Positions 1 to 12,900 of a stretch of 64,000 bases of DNA are shown one piece after another (positions within the stretch are counted from its first letter, which is position 1; each line of letters opens with the position of its first letter). Source of the DNA: Takakia lepidozioides (Eukaryota > Plantae > Bryophyta); NCBI GenBank assembly GCA_030704615.1, contig CM060734.1, positions 61,504,001 to 61,568,000 on the forward strand. Direction: 5' to 3'. The notes below the pieces were generated by a model that worked only from the letters and a program-made list of their open reading frames with translations, was not told the DNA's origin and ran no database searches. Both the position numbers and the translations under genes were made by a program.

Positions 1-1040
1 GTGCTGATGTGTTCTCCTTTGCTATCATTCTCCAGGAGGTATGGCCAGCCTCATCTTTCTTTCCAGTATCTACTGACCAGTGAACTGGCACATCTGCCCA
101 TGCCCAAGGTCCCATTGATACATGAGCACTATTGGTTTCCCTGTACATGGATCAAAATGCATTTTGGAACCTTGGGTACTTTGATGTAGACTAGTGGAAG
201 GGTTTCACTAGGTTTCCAGGGCACTTCAAAACATTTTAGGAATCCCTTTGGAGAGGGAATGAATAGACCCAGATGTCTGCTAGGCCTCATTTACAGGCGC
301 ATTGATGCAATGTCTTGGAGTGTGTGACAGATGTTTGAGGGCTCTTCTAGCAAATTGAATACCCTAGATCCTCGAGTTGCAGCTGAAGAGAGGGCGGTGC
401 ATCATAAGCGGCCTGATTTGTCCGAGAAAAACTACCCAACTGGCATGAAAAAGTGAGTCTCTCTCCTTGTGCTGATTGTCGACACTGAGAAATCTTAACG
501 GCTGGTGAACTTGTAGATACAGCCAAATCCGTGCACAGTTGCAAGTGGCTGAGCCTTTGCACTGAGCAGTTTATCAATTGATGCAGTTGATTTGAAAGAT
601 AATGTCTTGCTCACATCCGTTCCTCACGAAGGTCTAGATAAAGTCCTGCTGAGGCCATTTAATTTTTCCTCGGAGGGCAACCTCTTCCTTGTCTTCCTAC
701 CTTTGTTAGATTTCTCTTTTAAATTTCACTCCAACACTACCACCCACACCCTCAGAGGTTTCAGAAGGCCTGCTATACTTTTTGTAAAGTGTACTCATGA
801 CTGTACGAAGAGAGGAAGATAATCCACATGGGTTTGGGAGAGTCCACATCAAGTGGTCCAGTCCATGGGAACCTGTAAAAAATGTGGAGCTCCTCTGCTT
901 GCAGACTGATCCAAGAATGCTGGCACGAAAACCCTGCTAAAAGGCCATCATTTGAAGAAATTACCAAGCGCTTGCATGAAATGCAGAAGATTTCCTTCTG
1001 CGGAGGACGAGAAGTGCGGCAGCGATGTTGCATCCTGTAG
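1..1040 (+). CDS. 3' part of a Raf-like (ILK/VIK-type) Ser/Thr/Tyr protein kinase gene; exons <1-38, 331-452, 905-1040
   Basis: GT-AG splicing joins ADVFSFAIILQE|MFEGSSSKLNTLDPRVAAEERAVHHKRPDLSEKNYPTGMK|KLIQECWHENPAKRPSFEEITKRLHEMQKISFCGGREVRQRCCIL* in one frame (kinase subdomains IX-XI). Stop TAG at 1038-1040. Not shown by the ORF track because it is spliced. Confidence 0.9.
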
Positions 1041-2219
1041 GAGAGCTTTGTACATGAACCCACCAAAATTGCCATTACTTGCTCAAGCAGAGGTGTGATC
1101 TCCATATTAGGCAAAGCTCTAGGACATTCTCGCATTCAAGTCTTTGAATGAGCCTCAGATCTAGCTTAGAAAGCATGTCCACAAAGTGACCACAGCCCCA
1201 CAGTAAGCTGCCGTGACTTTGACACAGCAGCTCCGCAGTGCGTCTGCCGTGAGCTGCAGGAGCAGGAAGTAAAGGAATATGGAGCCTCAAAGGCCAACGA
1301 CCGCAACTTGTGAGGAAGGCATTACGGGTCATGATGCGTGCAGGTCTGCAGATGAGATGTGGTTTCTGACACACTGAGATCAGGAAGTGTGTATGTATGA
1401 GTTCCGTGATTCAAAAGCTTTTGAATCACTATGACCGCAGATTGGTGTTGCTCACATGAAATAAATTTGCAAACCCTTGATTAGGGTTTCTGTTATCCCT
1501 TGTCAACCCTACACGCATGTCTCATTCATGTCCCCCGTACTTTCACTTCTGTGATGTGCCAAATAAATTGTTGTAACACACAACTCAGTTGATGAATTTG
1601 CAGATACAATCTCCAGTGAAAGGTAAAAGCTAGCCAAATACACAGTGTAGTAGTAGGCCATGAAACCTACAATTTTAGTGGACACAGGCCCAAAGATATG
1701 GTAAAGAACGTAAAGAAGGTCTGGTCTACAAGGCCATTTTCCAACCGGATTGTCATGGGTTGGAGCATTGTACAAGATCATATAACTGTTATTGAGATTC
1801 TTTAACCCCTGGTGAGCGACGACACCTGTTTTTTTGGACAAAACCGGGACCCACCCTCACACTCAGCTTGTAGCTTCCTACCCCATTCATCCACGTGGAT
1901 GAACTGTACGAAGTCATCCCTACCTACCAATCCACCCTTTTGTTTGGGAGATTATAACAATTGAATAAGGTGCATTTTCCGTAAAATGAAAAAAACAACC
2001 CCTAACTTCATGTTTGACCAAGCAAAAAATCAATTTTGCAAAATGTTTGTGGAAGAAAACTTAAGTGCCATATTCTAATGTAGTGTTGCATCCGAAAACC
2101 CTCACCCCAATCTGCCAAAACTTTGGGGGGGTTGCTTTGTGGTCAAAAGATTGAATTTGCAAAGCAAATGGTTCAGGTCCCATTGGGACCCAAAATTTTA
2201 CTCCAATGTGGATTTCCAG

Positions 2220-2496
2220 CAGTGTTTTTTTTTTAATTTGGAAAATAACAGGAGTGGCTACTGAGTTTTGTAGGAATAGCCATATTTTCTATTCATCCAC
2301 TGAAATTTGGACAGAATCATCCTCCTCTCTACTTTCATCCATGTATATCATCCATATTAGGCGAATTCATCCAATATTTATATTTGTTTTGGAGAAGTTT
2401 GGCGATTTCATCTATGAGAAAACAAGAAATTTACAACAAAATATTCATTTCTTGAGGTCGAAAAATTGCGAAATTTCGCCAGATTTAAAAACACTG
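2220..2496. mobile_element. hAT-type MITE
   Basis: TIRs CAGTGTTTTT...AAAAACACTG flanked by a perfect 8-bp TSD ATTTCCAG (2212-2219 and 2497-2504). Confidence 0.85.
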
Positions 2497-3017
2497 ATTT
2501 CCAGCAGTTAGACACTAGTGGTAGGCTAAGAACTACACTACACTGTCCTAGAATTTCCCAAAAATCTCCAAAATTGCATTTGAGATGGAGGATTTTGTGA
2601 ATTTTCCGGCCTCCTTCAAGTCAGCCAAATGGTTGCCGGATTTTATACTGAATCCGGCTATGTTTTCCGGGCCACGTCATGCTTCCCCAATAATTCCCAG
2701 GGCCACCTCATTCCAACCGTCTCAGTGTTCCTCCCTGTTTTTTGTAGGGCCTGTGATCCACTCGACTCCAACTGCCATTCAACTGTTGGGTTCATTCTCA
2801 ACTACTAGCAGACAAAGCCAAAGACAGCAGATAGGGGACAAGTACTCGACGCTTACACCCTGAAGGTCAAACCCCCTGATCTGCCCTCATATGCAGATTG
2901 CCCCCCCCCCCCCCCCCCCCACATATGTCACTCCCGTGAACCTACCGGCATGTCCGAACGCCAGCGTAGCAGCAAACAACTACAGATGCGATTCCCACCT
3001 ACACACACACAATTAGT

Positions 3018-3350
3018 TCATCGACCGCAGACGAGATGTGCTTCGCGCCAACAACTTCTAAGACAGAGGAATGCATTATCGCATTGGTGACAAAAGTAAT
3101 GGGTACAACAGCCCGCACTGCATGCATACATGGCGAAGCGGACTGTGCAAAGAGGAATGCCAGCGGGAAGGCGAGGTCGTCAACACGGAGGCACGAATCG
3201 GGTGCACAGCCAGCCTGACAGGAGCCGTCAAACTGTCTGCCAAGGCCAGCAAAAACTCAAGATGGGTCATCCCATGGTGCAACCCCCTCGGGCGCATGTG
3301 ATACACATGCAAGAGATAACCATTCACAACTCTGTATCTATTATCTACAA
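3018..3350 (-). pseudogene. piggyBac transposase C-terminal fragment with cysteine-rich domain (frameshifted)
   Basis: VVNGYLLH...MTHLEFLLALADSL...RHVCMQCG/(frameshift)THYFCHQCDNAFLCLRSCWREAH* matches the piggyBac vNayily..mthleFrlalaeaL region and the CxxC-CxxC-LC-C-H tail. Confidence 0.75.
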
Positions 3351-4758
3351 GCAAGCCGCCTTCTCAAGACTCGGAGCACCTGGCAGTACCGTATGATGGC
3401 CTCGTGATATGATAAATCTTTTTGTTGTTGCTCTATACACTTCCCTGGTGAATCAATGAAGACCTTTGGTGGTGCTGCAGCAGTATTAGGCAGTTTTATC
3501 TTCGTAGGACCCAACAAGAAAGATGTTGTGCGAGGTAAACACATTGCTGTGACGCAATATGAATGTCATGCAACTTTCTTCCTTAACAAGATGCAGGTGA
3601 TCAACTATACTTGATATGTAGAATGTCAAGTTAATAAATTATATATTTTCATATCCTCATGTTAACTCCAATACATTCTTGTTTAGCTTATATCTAGTCT
3701 GAGTCTCGTTGGAGGAATTTGTGTCTAATAAAAAGTTTGTTGTATGTACCAATGAGGTTTTGTTGTCGTCGTGAGGTTTATCACTTTCCATGTACATCCC
3801 TCTTTCTCAAGAGTCAAATCTTTTTGTTGATCATGATATTTGTCAATAATCACTACTCCCTCATTGTGATTTAGGATGCTCAAATGTATATCGCAACGTT
3901 GTAGTTGTCTGCATGAGGCTGTGTCAATTTAAAGTCATTCTATATTGACTTATGATGTGTGATTGTTTTCAACAACCAGATATGGTCATTTGACATAATT
4001 GTTGCAATTACATAACGTCATTGAGAATAAAACTTTGTCATTAAATTGCTCGATGTTGTCATTGTGCATGACCGTAAGTGGATGAGTCACATGATTCAAG
4101 GTTGCATTCAATGCCGTCAGTGTGGGATTGTGAACATTCCAGAGGTTGAAGTCTTTTAGCTTTGTGAAGAAGTTGAAGGAAAGGAACACATGTTGTTGTA
4201 AGTATCAAGTGACATCTACAATCTGTAGGTTGGAGTACGTCCAACAGTTTCTTTGAAATCTTCATCAAAGTTACGCGTTAGGCATTTTTCTGACACTCAT
4301 GTTGCGTTTGGGGGAGCTAGGTGTTATTGGAGTCCAATATGTGAAACCATAAACTGGAAACATTTGGTCTGCAGGTGTAAGTTTGGTACAACGAATGTAA
4401 TTTATTTAAATCCGTAGAAGATAAGAGAAAGATAAGAGTACTTATCAACCCATGTCCACCACAACTGCAAGACTTGAATACCATCAGCACCTGTGAGCAC
4501 CTGTAGTGACAAACCAACAAAATGAGCATTTCATGTAGATTAAAAAAAATGTCATCGCACACAAACAATAAGAAACAAGCAGACAATAAGAAAGTAAACA
4601 CGCACCAAACAAAAAAATACCAGTCAGTCTACATATTTGTGCTTAGGTGATCAGTCTGCATTCTTGGGACTAAGTCCCTGGTACACTATCTTAGGCAAGG
4701 TCCTATTCTCGAGGACGACGTAAGGTTCTTAGAACACTCAAGACGGTGTGTGTGCCTT

Positions 4759-5187
4759 GCCTCTCATTTTACAATAATTGGGACCTTATGGCGCACGCAT
4801 GAGCTGACCGGTGGGCCCCGCGCACGGACGCCCGGCTCCCCCCACCCGGACCCCCCTGCCCGCCGCTGCGCGCGGTCGCCCACCTGCTGCCGCAGCCCCA
4901 CCAGCCGCGCCCGCGGCAGCCCCGCCCGCGCTCCGCCGCGCCCTCCGCCGCGCCCCCAGTCCGGCGCGGCCAGTCCGCCCGCCAGTCCGCTGCCCGTGAG
5001 TCCAGTTCCCCTCAGTCCGCCAAACCGCCAGTCTGCTGTGCACACCAGTCCGTTGTGCCAGTCCCCGCAAGTCCACCCAACAGTCCGTTGTGCCCGTCTG
5101 CTGCCCCCCAGTCTGCCAGTCTGCCAGTCCGCGCTAGCCGAAGGATCTGGATCGTCCATTCTGAGAAACCCATCCGCGCCATCCATG
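4759..5187 (+). repeat. Left long GC-rich TIR of the MULE (weaker similarity extends to ~5340)
   Basis: Reverse complement of ~18511-18906. Mirrored ORF translations (MDGADGFLR.DDPDPSA...VPIIVK) occur on opposite strands. Confidence 0.9.
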
Positions 5188-5484
5188 CCAGTCCGATGTG
5201 CCAGTCCCGGCCAGTCCACCCAACAGTGTGCCTGCCAGTCCGCCGCCCATGAGTCCGCTTTCCTCCAGTCCACGGATGATGCCACATCTGGACCGTCCGT
5301 TCGCAAATGCCATCTGAGCCCTCCATTTTTAGGGCATGAATTGAAACCTTATCCCTGCCACCTGCCACTTGCCAGCAGCCGCGAACGTGCGCATTGATGC
5401 TCCTTGCACGTTGTCCATCGTGTCCAGTGTACTGCGGCGCGTTTCTTGCAGGTTTTGAAGCGTGTCCTCTGTACTGTACAGGGC

Positions 5485-8400
5485 ATGGACGTGGAAGCAA
5501 AAGGTGTTGATATACTAAAAACGGGATGCTGGATTATACGGCCTCTTCGACAAAGTTTGCAAACACCCAAACCAGGACTCTTCAACAGGAAGGACCTCCA
5601 ATGGAAGAGAGACACGCAATATGGTTATATGGGTGCCAGATAGAATGTTTTGAAGGCCTGAATACCATGGGATAGAGTTGATGACTTTCTCCTTGGAGAT
5701 GAGAGTTTGGTGGACTACCCCACTCAGTTTTGGGTGAATGTCCATACTAAAGTGCAACCCGGCATGCTAAAAGAGCGGAGAGCCAGCAGTTCTCTGAATA
5801 GTATCATGTGTGCTCCATCCTCATTGTCCTTTTGTAGTCTGATTGCATGTCTGTTGCCATTTTTCGTACCCACGTTCTGTGATTTCATGCTTCCAGAAGT
5901 CGATGGATATCCATTGTGATTTTTATGTCCAGGTATCAATGCTTCTATGGTCGTGATGACAAGCGCACCAACAATGCGACAGTGGAGGATCCGAAACTGA
6001 AACGTGGAGGACCTCTTCTGGGTGCTGGAACATCTCATCCTCATAAAGGCCCAAGGAGAAAGAAGTCGGAATATGGAGAGTCTTACAAGCGTGGTTGCCA
6101 GTGTTTTTTCAAGGTCCAGCAATGTTATCTTGCCCCCGACATTTGTGTCCTCGCGTACTACAACAATATGAAGCATACAGACGCGAAAGGGAACCCCTGT
6201 CATGGGAAGTCCTTTGAGTTCAGGAACACTCGCCGCGCCTACGCACCACACATTAGCGAGGAATTGAAAGCATGGGTCATGGAGTGTCTATGCCGAGGCC
6301 TGTCAGTCGCCCAAATCATGATGGAACATAAAGAGCACGTCATGAACAACACCGGGTTGGGGGATGCATGGACACGGGACGATTTTTTGCTAGAGCAAGA
6401 TGTGCGCAATCTGGCCGAGAAACGGGCATGGCAAACGTTCAAAAACCATGCGAACGATGCGGAGAGTGTCCGCATGTGGAAAGACCAGAACCCGAAATCG
6501 ATCTTCTTCTATCAAGAGGAAAAATTGGCGCCAACATTCAAGCACTACGATGACGACTTAACATTCACAATCGGCATACAGACTGAGTGGCAGAAGAAAC
6601 GAATGCTTCAATTAGGCCATGCCCGTATCGTTGCATGCGATGCAACCTTCGGGACAAATCACCACAAGGTACTCTTCATCCCTTTCACAATTTATCCACT
6701 TGCAGAAGTAGTGGATGTACGCACACTGGCAACATCTGACATTCTGCATTTGAACAGTTCCCATTGTACACGTTGATGGTCTTCGACGAGTGGCTTAACG
6801 GTATACCAGTTGCGTACATCATATGCGCGCGTGAGCGGACAATAGATGGCAGCCTTACGGGACTCTCTCCTCGCAGAAATGCCGGACTGGCGACCCAATG
6901 CTTTCATTGTGGACGATGTCGACGCCGAAATAAACGCCATTACGTAAGTTTCACGTACCATCCTGTACACTCACGTGCAAGTCCGTCGTCTGCGTCAATT
7001 GTCTGTCTCTTCGGCAAGTCCCCTGCCATACAACATAGTCTTGGCTGCAAGTCCAGCCCATTCATTTCTGCAAGTCTGCTGGCAAACCAATCCGCTGGTA
7101 ATGTCCTCTAGCGAAGTCCGCTGGAAGACTCACTTGCGCAAGTACGCTGTAAGGTTAGTCTGCTCGAGTGTGTTGCCAGCAACGTCTGGGTAAGTCTGCT
7201 GCCGGTCTCCTAAGGGCAAGTCCACTGGCAGGCCAGTCCGCCGGAGGGGACTGTTCGCAAGCAGTCCGCTGTAAGACTCACGTGCGCCAGTCTGCTGCGA
7301 CCTCAGTCTGGTCCAGCAAGTCCGCTGGCAGGCAGGTCCGCCAGAGGAGACTGTTCGCAAGCAGTCCGCTGCAAGACTCACGTGCGTCAGTTTACTGCGA
7401 CCTCACTCTAGTCGAGCAAGTCCGCTCGCAGGCGAGTCCGCCGGATGGGACTGTTCGCAAGCAGTCCGCTACAAGACTCACGTGCGCCAGTCTGCTGCGA
7501 CCTCAGTCTGGTCCAGCAAGTCCGCTGGCAGGCAGGTCCGCCGGAGGGGACTGTTCGCAAGCAGTCCGCTGGCAACCCAGTCCGGTCGGGATGTCCTTTG
7601 GCCAAGTCCGTTGCAAGACTCACTTACGTAAATCCGCTGCGAGGTCAGCATGGTCAGGTCTGCTGGCGGTGTCGTGAGGGCAACACTCATGGCAGGTCAG
7701 AGTGGGCGAGTCTGCTGCCTGAATCCGTTTGGAACAGACGGGCAGACCAGTCAACTAGACAGTCTACTGGGTTAGTGCCCAAATCCACCGGCCAAGTCCT
7801 CTTTGAAGTCTCTCATGTGGGCATGTGTACTTTGCAGGGCTGTTTTTCGAGGAGTGCTAATTTTCATGTGCCTTTGGCATGTCCGGCGGGCTTGGGTGAA
7901 GCAATCATGCGCGAAAACCAAAGATCCTATCACTGTCGCAAACTTGCTGAAAGATATGGGAGACCTCATGTACTGTAGAGGTGGACCAATCAATCCCAAA
8001 GAAGGTCTTGCATGGGTAGCAACAACGCTCCGACGCATGAGAAAGAAATATATGAATTTCTGGACTATATCGATAAGGAATGGCGTCTTAAAATAGCAAT
8101 GTGGTGTACAGCAGCTCGCCATGTTCCGCATGCCAGTCAAGACACCAATGCTAGCATTGAGGCATACCATGGAAACTTGAAGGCAAGACTGAGGATGGGG
8201 AAAGGCAAAATGACTGGGCGTAGAGTGGATTGGCTCATATGGGAACTCGTGTGCTAACACACTACTGGTATGCAATTCACCTGAAGACGCACGGATTCAT
8301 AAGGAATGACAAACAGGAGAAGTACATGTCCAATTTTGTGCTTGCGGCACGCGATATCCCAGCTTGCAATGTCACTCTTCCGTTCCATCCTGGGCAACCA

Positions 8401-9069
8401 GCCTATGTTCTAAGCACCAATCACCCAAACACAATTTACATTGTTTACAACCCCGGATGCGAATGGGCTTCTTGCACTTGCCCATGGGCAATGAAGGGCA
8501 ATTTGTGCAAGCATCAAGTCCGAGTCCTGAAGTTGCTTCATCCACAAGTGCAGGATGGACTCATAGTGCGCGCTTGTGGCACGGCGCTGGGAACCATTCA
8601 TGGAGGATTGCATAATGTGTTTAGGGTTCATGCAAGTATCGGCGACGAAGAGGGTTTGGGAAATGCAACAAAGGGCCCTTCCACAAATGACTTCCCCTAT
8701 GATGCGGAGCCTGTCCTCGTACCATCCTCCATGGGTGAAGAATTTGCAGACATATTTCGCATTATTAGGGACGACAAATACCTGCAGAAACATGTGTTGT
8801 CTTCTCTTCATATCTGTAGGGGGCAGCTTGTTGATATTCTCGCCAAGAGTGCTGCAGGAATGTTGCACCCTGCGGCAGCAAAGAGCTTTCGTCCTGTAAA
8901 TGACAACAACAATATGTCGCTGAAAAGGAAATGGGATTTCGTTGAGGCATGGAAAACGCAACCCAGGGTCTTACGCAAAACAGGGAAGAGGGTCGGTGCC
9001 CCAACACTTGCAGCACACCTATACTCCACAATCCGGAGAGTCGCAGACCGTATACCAGTTTTAAAGTAG
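5485..9069 (+). pseudogene. MULE transposase with SWIM zinc finger (spliced; stop and several frameshifts)
   Basis: IPWDRVDDFLLG..YPTQF | YQCFYG..KRGCQCFFKV..H..CHG, DDE core IVACDATFGTN / LMVFDEWLNGIPVAY / PNAFIVDD / FMCLWHVRRAW / TNASIEAYHGNLK, RRVDWLI, SWIM CTCPWAMKGNLCKH. In-frame stop at 5641 and frameshifts near 6830, 8020 and 8250. Confidence 0.9.
7216..7572 (+). repeat. Tandem repeat, exact 100-bp period, ~3.6 copies, in a transposase intron
   Basis: CTGTTCGCAAGCAGTCCGCT recurs at 7251, 7351, 7451 and 7551. Confidence 0.9.
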
Positions 9070-9956
9070 AGTAGGAAATGTAAGAAATGGTACAGTATCA
9101 TTCTCCCCCATGAAATAAAATTTCGGCAATACGATTGCATGTGCACCAGACGTCCAACCTGCCTGCCAACCAGCCTGATAAACCAGTCTTCTGGCATCTG
9201 AACCGGTCTGCTCAATCAGTCTTCTACCGTCTGATCCAGTCTGCTCAACCAGTCTTCTGGTGTCTGAACCAGTCAACCACTCTTCTGGTATTTGAACCAG
9301 TCTGACTAGGCTGGGACTCAGTCTTCAAACAGTCTGCTATGCCAGCCTTCTCCTGAGCAGACCAGTCTCCCGGTTCTGAACGTGCCTGCACCTGGCTGAC
9401 CAGTGAGCCTCATGCGGTCTGCCCATCAGACTGGCCATTCTCAGCACGGTGGACTCTCATTACTCTGCTGACCAGACTTGGCAGTCTACTGGCCAATGCC
9501 ATCCACCTGTACTATACCACTCCGGTGACTCTCGACAGTCTGCTCACCAGTGCAGACTCATGGTTCCCAATCGCATCTGCCAGTCTGCCGGACTGGTCCC
9601 AACTCCTCAGTCTGTCGGACTCTCGTCAGTCTAGCGACATTGTCATGTGTCTGCTCACAAGCCTAGGCATACCCTCTTCCCGTACTCTGGCAGTCTGCTG
9701 ACTCTCGGTTGTTTGCTGACCAGTGGACTCCCTTGGTATGTTAAACAAAATGATTGTGTGTGCAGCGGTAAGTCCGCTTAACAACATGTAGTGAATTGGT
9801 CACAAATCTACAGCGACTACTCCACACTGCACTCATATGCGACCAATAGGATGTGTATACAAAGTCATATTTTATTTCGTTGCAAATGCTCAAAAGCATG
9901 CTTACATGACAGATGCGTTTTATGATGCACATCTAATCTCGGACCCAGATGGATAT

Positions 9957-12900
9957 CTATGAGGATACTGCTTTCTCAGCAGCACTCAAACCAGTCAAGA
10001 TGTACTTAAGACACTGCATCCGTTGGCCAAGTGCAAACTTGAACGTAAACCAGTGTTTCGTGAAAGGTACTCCTCTCTCTGCCCTTTTAGAAGAGGTTCG
10101 AGTATGCCCAGTTTGTAGCCATTCATAATATCCTTGGATGAAAGACATGACGTAAAACCCGCATTCCCAGCTGAATGGCTGTTGGGGCACTTCAGGCTGG
10201 TTGAACTGAAATGCCCTAACCTCCTCCCAACTCGGTGAATCAACACTGTAGCCTAAACACTCCGCATGCAGCTTCCGTATCCATGACAAAACATATGGGC
10301 AACCATGCAAAGACTCGATGGAGTTCATGTGAGTATAGCAGCCTTTCCGCACGTCGATGACAACAACACTCCAGTGCGCCCTGCAAGACGAATCTCATGA
10401 GTCTCACGGCAACAGTCCACTCAGCAGACCACTCAAATTGTCTCTCCAGCAAACTCTACAGACTCCCACACTGCACGGGTCCCACTACACTCAGCCGACT
10501 CGGCAGAGTCACGACTCAGCAAACTCAGAAGACTCATCACCCAGCAAACTCGGCATAATGAGCAGACTCAGCAGACTCAGCATAATGAGCACACTCAGCA
10601 GACTCGGCAGATTGAGCAGACTCAGGGCTGAGTGGGCTGACCGAGCAGACTGTCCTCATTCAAAAGACTGGGCAGATTTGCCAGACTGAGCAGGCGAGAG
10701 GCAGGTGTGAACGTAGTGACGTCATTCAAAAGACTGGCCCGATAGAACAGACTGGGTATGCGAGATCTTACTCCTCCACAATCGGAATGATTATATGATG
10801 ACAGTCTTTTATGTCTTTGCCGAGCCGAGGGACGCTCCAGCAAGAATGCAGATACTCCACTAGTCTTTCCCGTGGCCCTTCCCAATGTGTCATCATACGA
10901 GACCATGTTGAGGCTGGTAGAAAAGCAACAGTACTTGAGTACTTGTCTTCAACCGTCTTCTCATAGAAACGACACCACAGCTCCAGCATTCTATTTGTGC
11001 ACTCCGACTCCACCGTCTCAAGTGGCTTCAAGTCCGGAGGCCCGATAGAGCACTCATACCGGGGGTCGACTTCATAAAAGTGAACCATGCAATTGCCGGC
11101 CACGACATTCCGTCGCAGGGCCGCGGCAAAACGAGAACCCAACCTGCACACAGACCACGGCCTTGTGTGAAAACCCATGTACACAACGGTCTGAGCGGAC
11201 TGACTCCATTCAACAGACTGCCCATACCGAGCGGACTGAGAAGACTCACACTTCTGAGCAGACTGGAGTGACCAGACTCAGCAGACTGGGAGGACTACTC
11301 ACTGGTGCATTTCTCGCTGAAGAACCACTTCCTTGTCTGTATCCAATGCCATTTTGCGGTCCTTGTTCATGAAGACAGCGGACTTGCCTTTCTTCGCAGG
11401 TTTCTTGGCAACAGGACCCTCCCAAATTTCCTGAGTCTGCTCCACGACAGTCCGCTTCTTCGCTCTACTTGTGCCTAGGGATTCGGCGACTATTGTGGCC
11501 GGGTTCGATTCAGCAGACTGTCGAAGTGATGCGGTCCTGCTTCGCAAGACGACTGTGTCTGCAGGCTTGTTCACACTTGCAGGACTTGTATTGGCAGCCT
11601 CACGGGTTGCATGCGTTGAACTAATCCGTGCATCTGTTGGCGTTGTAAGTAAGCCACCTTTTCTGGTTGTGGAGCCAACGTGAGCAACATTGGCGGGTTG
11701 TGGAATTGCCTGGGAGGGAAACGGTGTCCTCAAGTCCTGTAGGTACAATAGATCTTGTCAATACACAGAAATTGAGCATGAATCTGAAATCACAGAGGTG
11801 GAAGACGGCAGGGCACAACCTGTACGGCGTCATTGGAAGGAAGCGACTAGGCAGACTACTCCCCTACTTGAACGTCAGTCTGTCTGTGCTGCTCAGAGCG
11901 GTTAGCCTAGTGCTCAGTCTGCTCGCCGCTATGGTCAGTCTGATGTCGAGTCTGGTGGACACTCTCGTGTGGGGGGAACGACATGTTGGCCCTTAGTCTG
12001 TCCATGTTCGGCATCGGTCTGCTACTCAGTGTCCTCAGTCTGGCCAGTCTGGTACTCAGTGTGCTCACCGCTCTGGTCAGTCTGCTGTCGAGTCTGGTGG
12101 ACACTCTCATGGGCGGGGCGAACGGCATGTTGGCCCTCCTCCAGAGGACCATGTTCAGCGTCAGTCTGCTGCTCACTGTCCTCAGTCTGGTCAGTCTGGT
12201 GCTCAGTCTGCTTTTTGCTCTGGTCAGTCTGTTGTTCAGCCTGGTGGTCACTCTCGTGGTCGGTCTGCTCTTGCAAGGAGGGGATCAATCTATCAACTTG
12301 CAAGTCAACTGTGTTTTCAGGGTCTGATGCAGAAAAAGCTTGACTACCGCCGACATCTAAATTATCCGCGGCAACTACATCGTCTAGTTCTTCGGTAAGG
12401 TCAATGATACGGGGTTGAGTTCCCATATTGCGATCAATCACGTAACAATCATCTATAGCTTTTGCAAGCGAACGAACCAAAACCGGGCTGAGCTGAATGG
12501 AAATAGTTGGCAGGCCATGGGTCACTGGAGAAGAATGGTTTACCGGTGCTCGGCTTATATCCTCAAACGATGCGCCAGTATGTGAAGATGGCCGGGCGGG
12601 AAAAGAAGACTCTGTCAATGCACTGATAGAACTCCCCACAAATTCAGAGACAGGGTCCCGTTGAGGCTAGTGCAACCGACTCTATTCAACAAGCCAGGAT
12701 CCAGACTGGTGGACAGGAAGTGTAGTTGGGTCCTCCGAGTCAGTGTGGTCATGAATCTGCTGGACAGTCTGCAGGGCACTTTCATTGTGGTGACTGCTTT
12801 CAGTCTGCTGGACGGTCTGCTCAATGGTATGCTGCACAGTCTGCTGGTGCACAGCCAGGTGATCCGTCTGCAGCCCGGTCTGCTCATTGGTATGGTGGAC

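Larger units (their letters stand above)
1802..3350 (-). mobile_element. Truncated piggyBac-like element (3' terminus plus transposase C-terminus)
   Basis: TTAA (1802-1805) followed by CCCCTGG is a piggyBac-type end, on the correct side of the minus-strand transposase fragment at 3018-3350. The other end was not found. Confidence 0.6.

Noticed and set aside
3400-4740. AT-rich region with short ORFs between the piggyBac fragment and the MULE (also 18915-19900)
   Set aside because: Probably old TE debris, but no termini, TSD or domain could be identified.
4750-5500. Several long overlapping ORFs in GC-rich sequence (also 18400-18901)
   Set aside because: They are translations of the MULE TIRs: low-complexity and mirrored at both ends.
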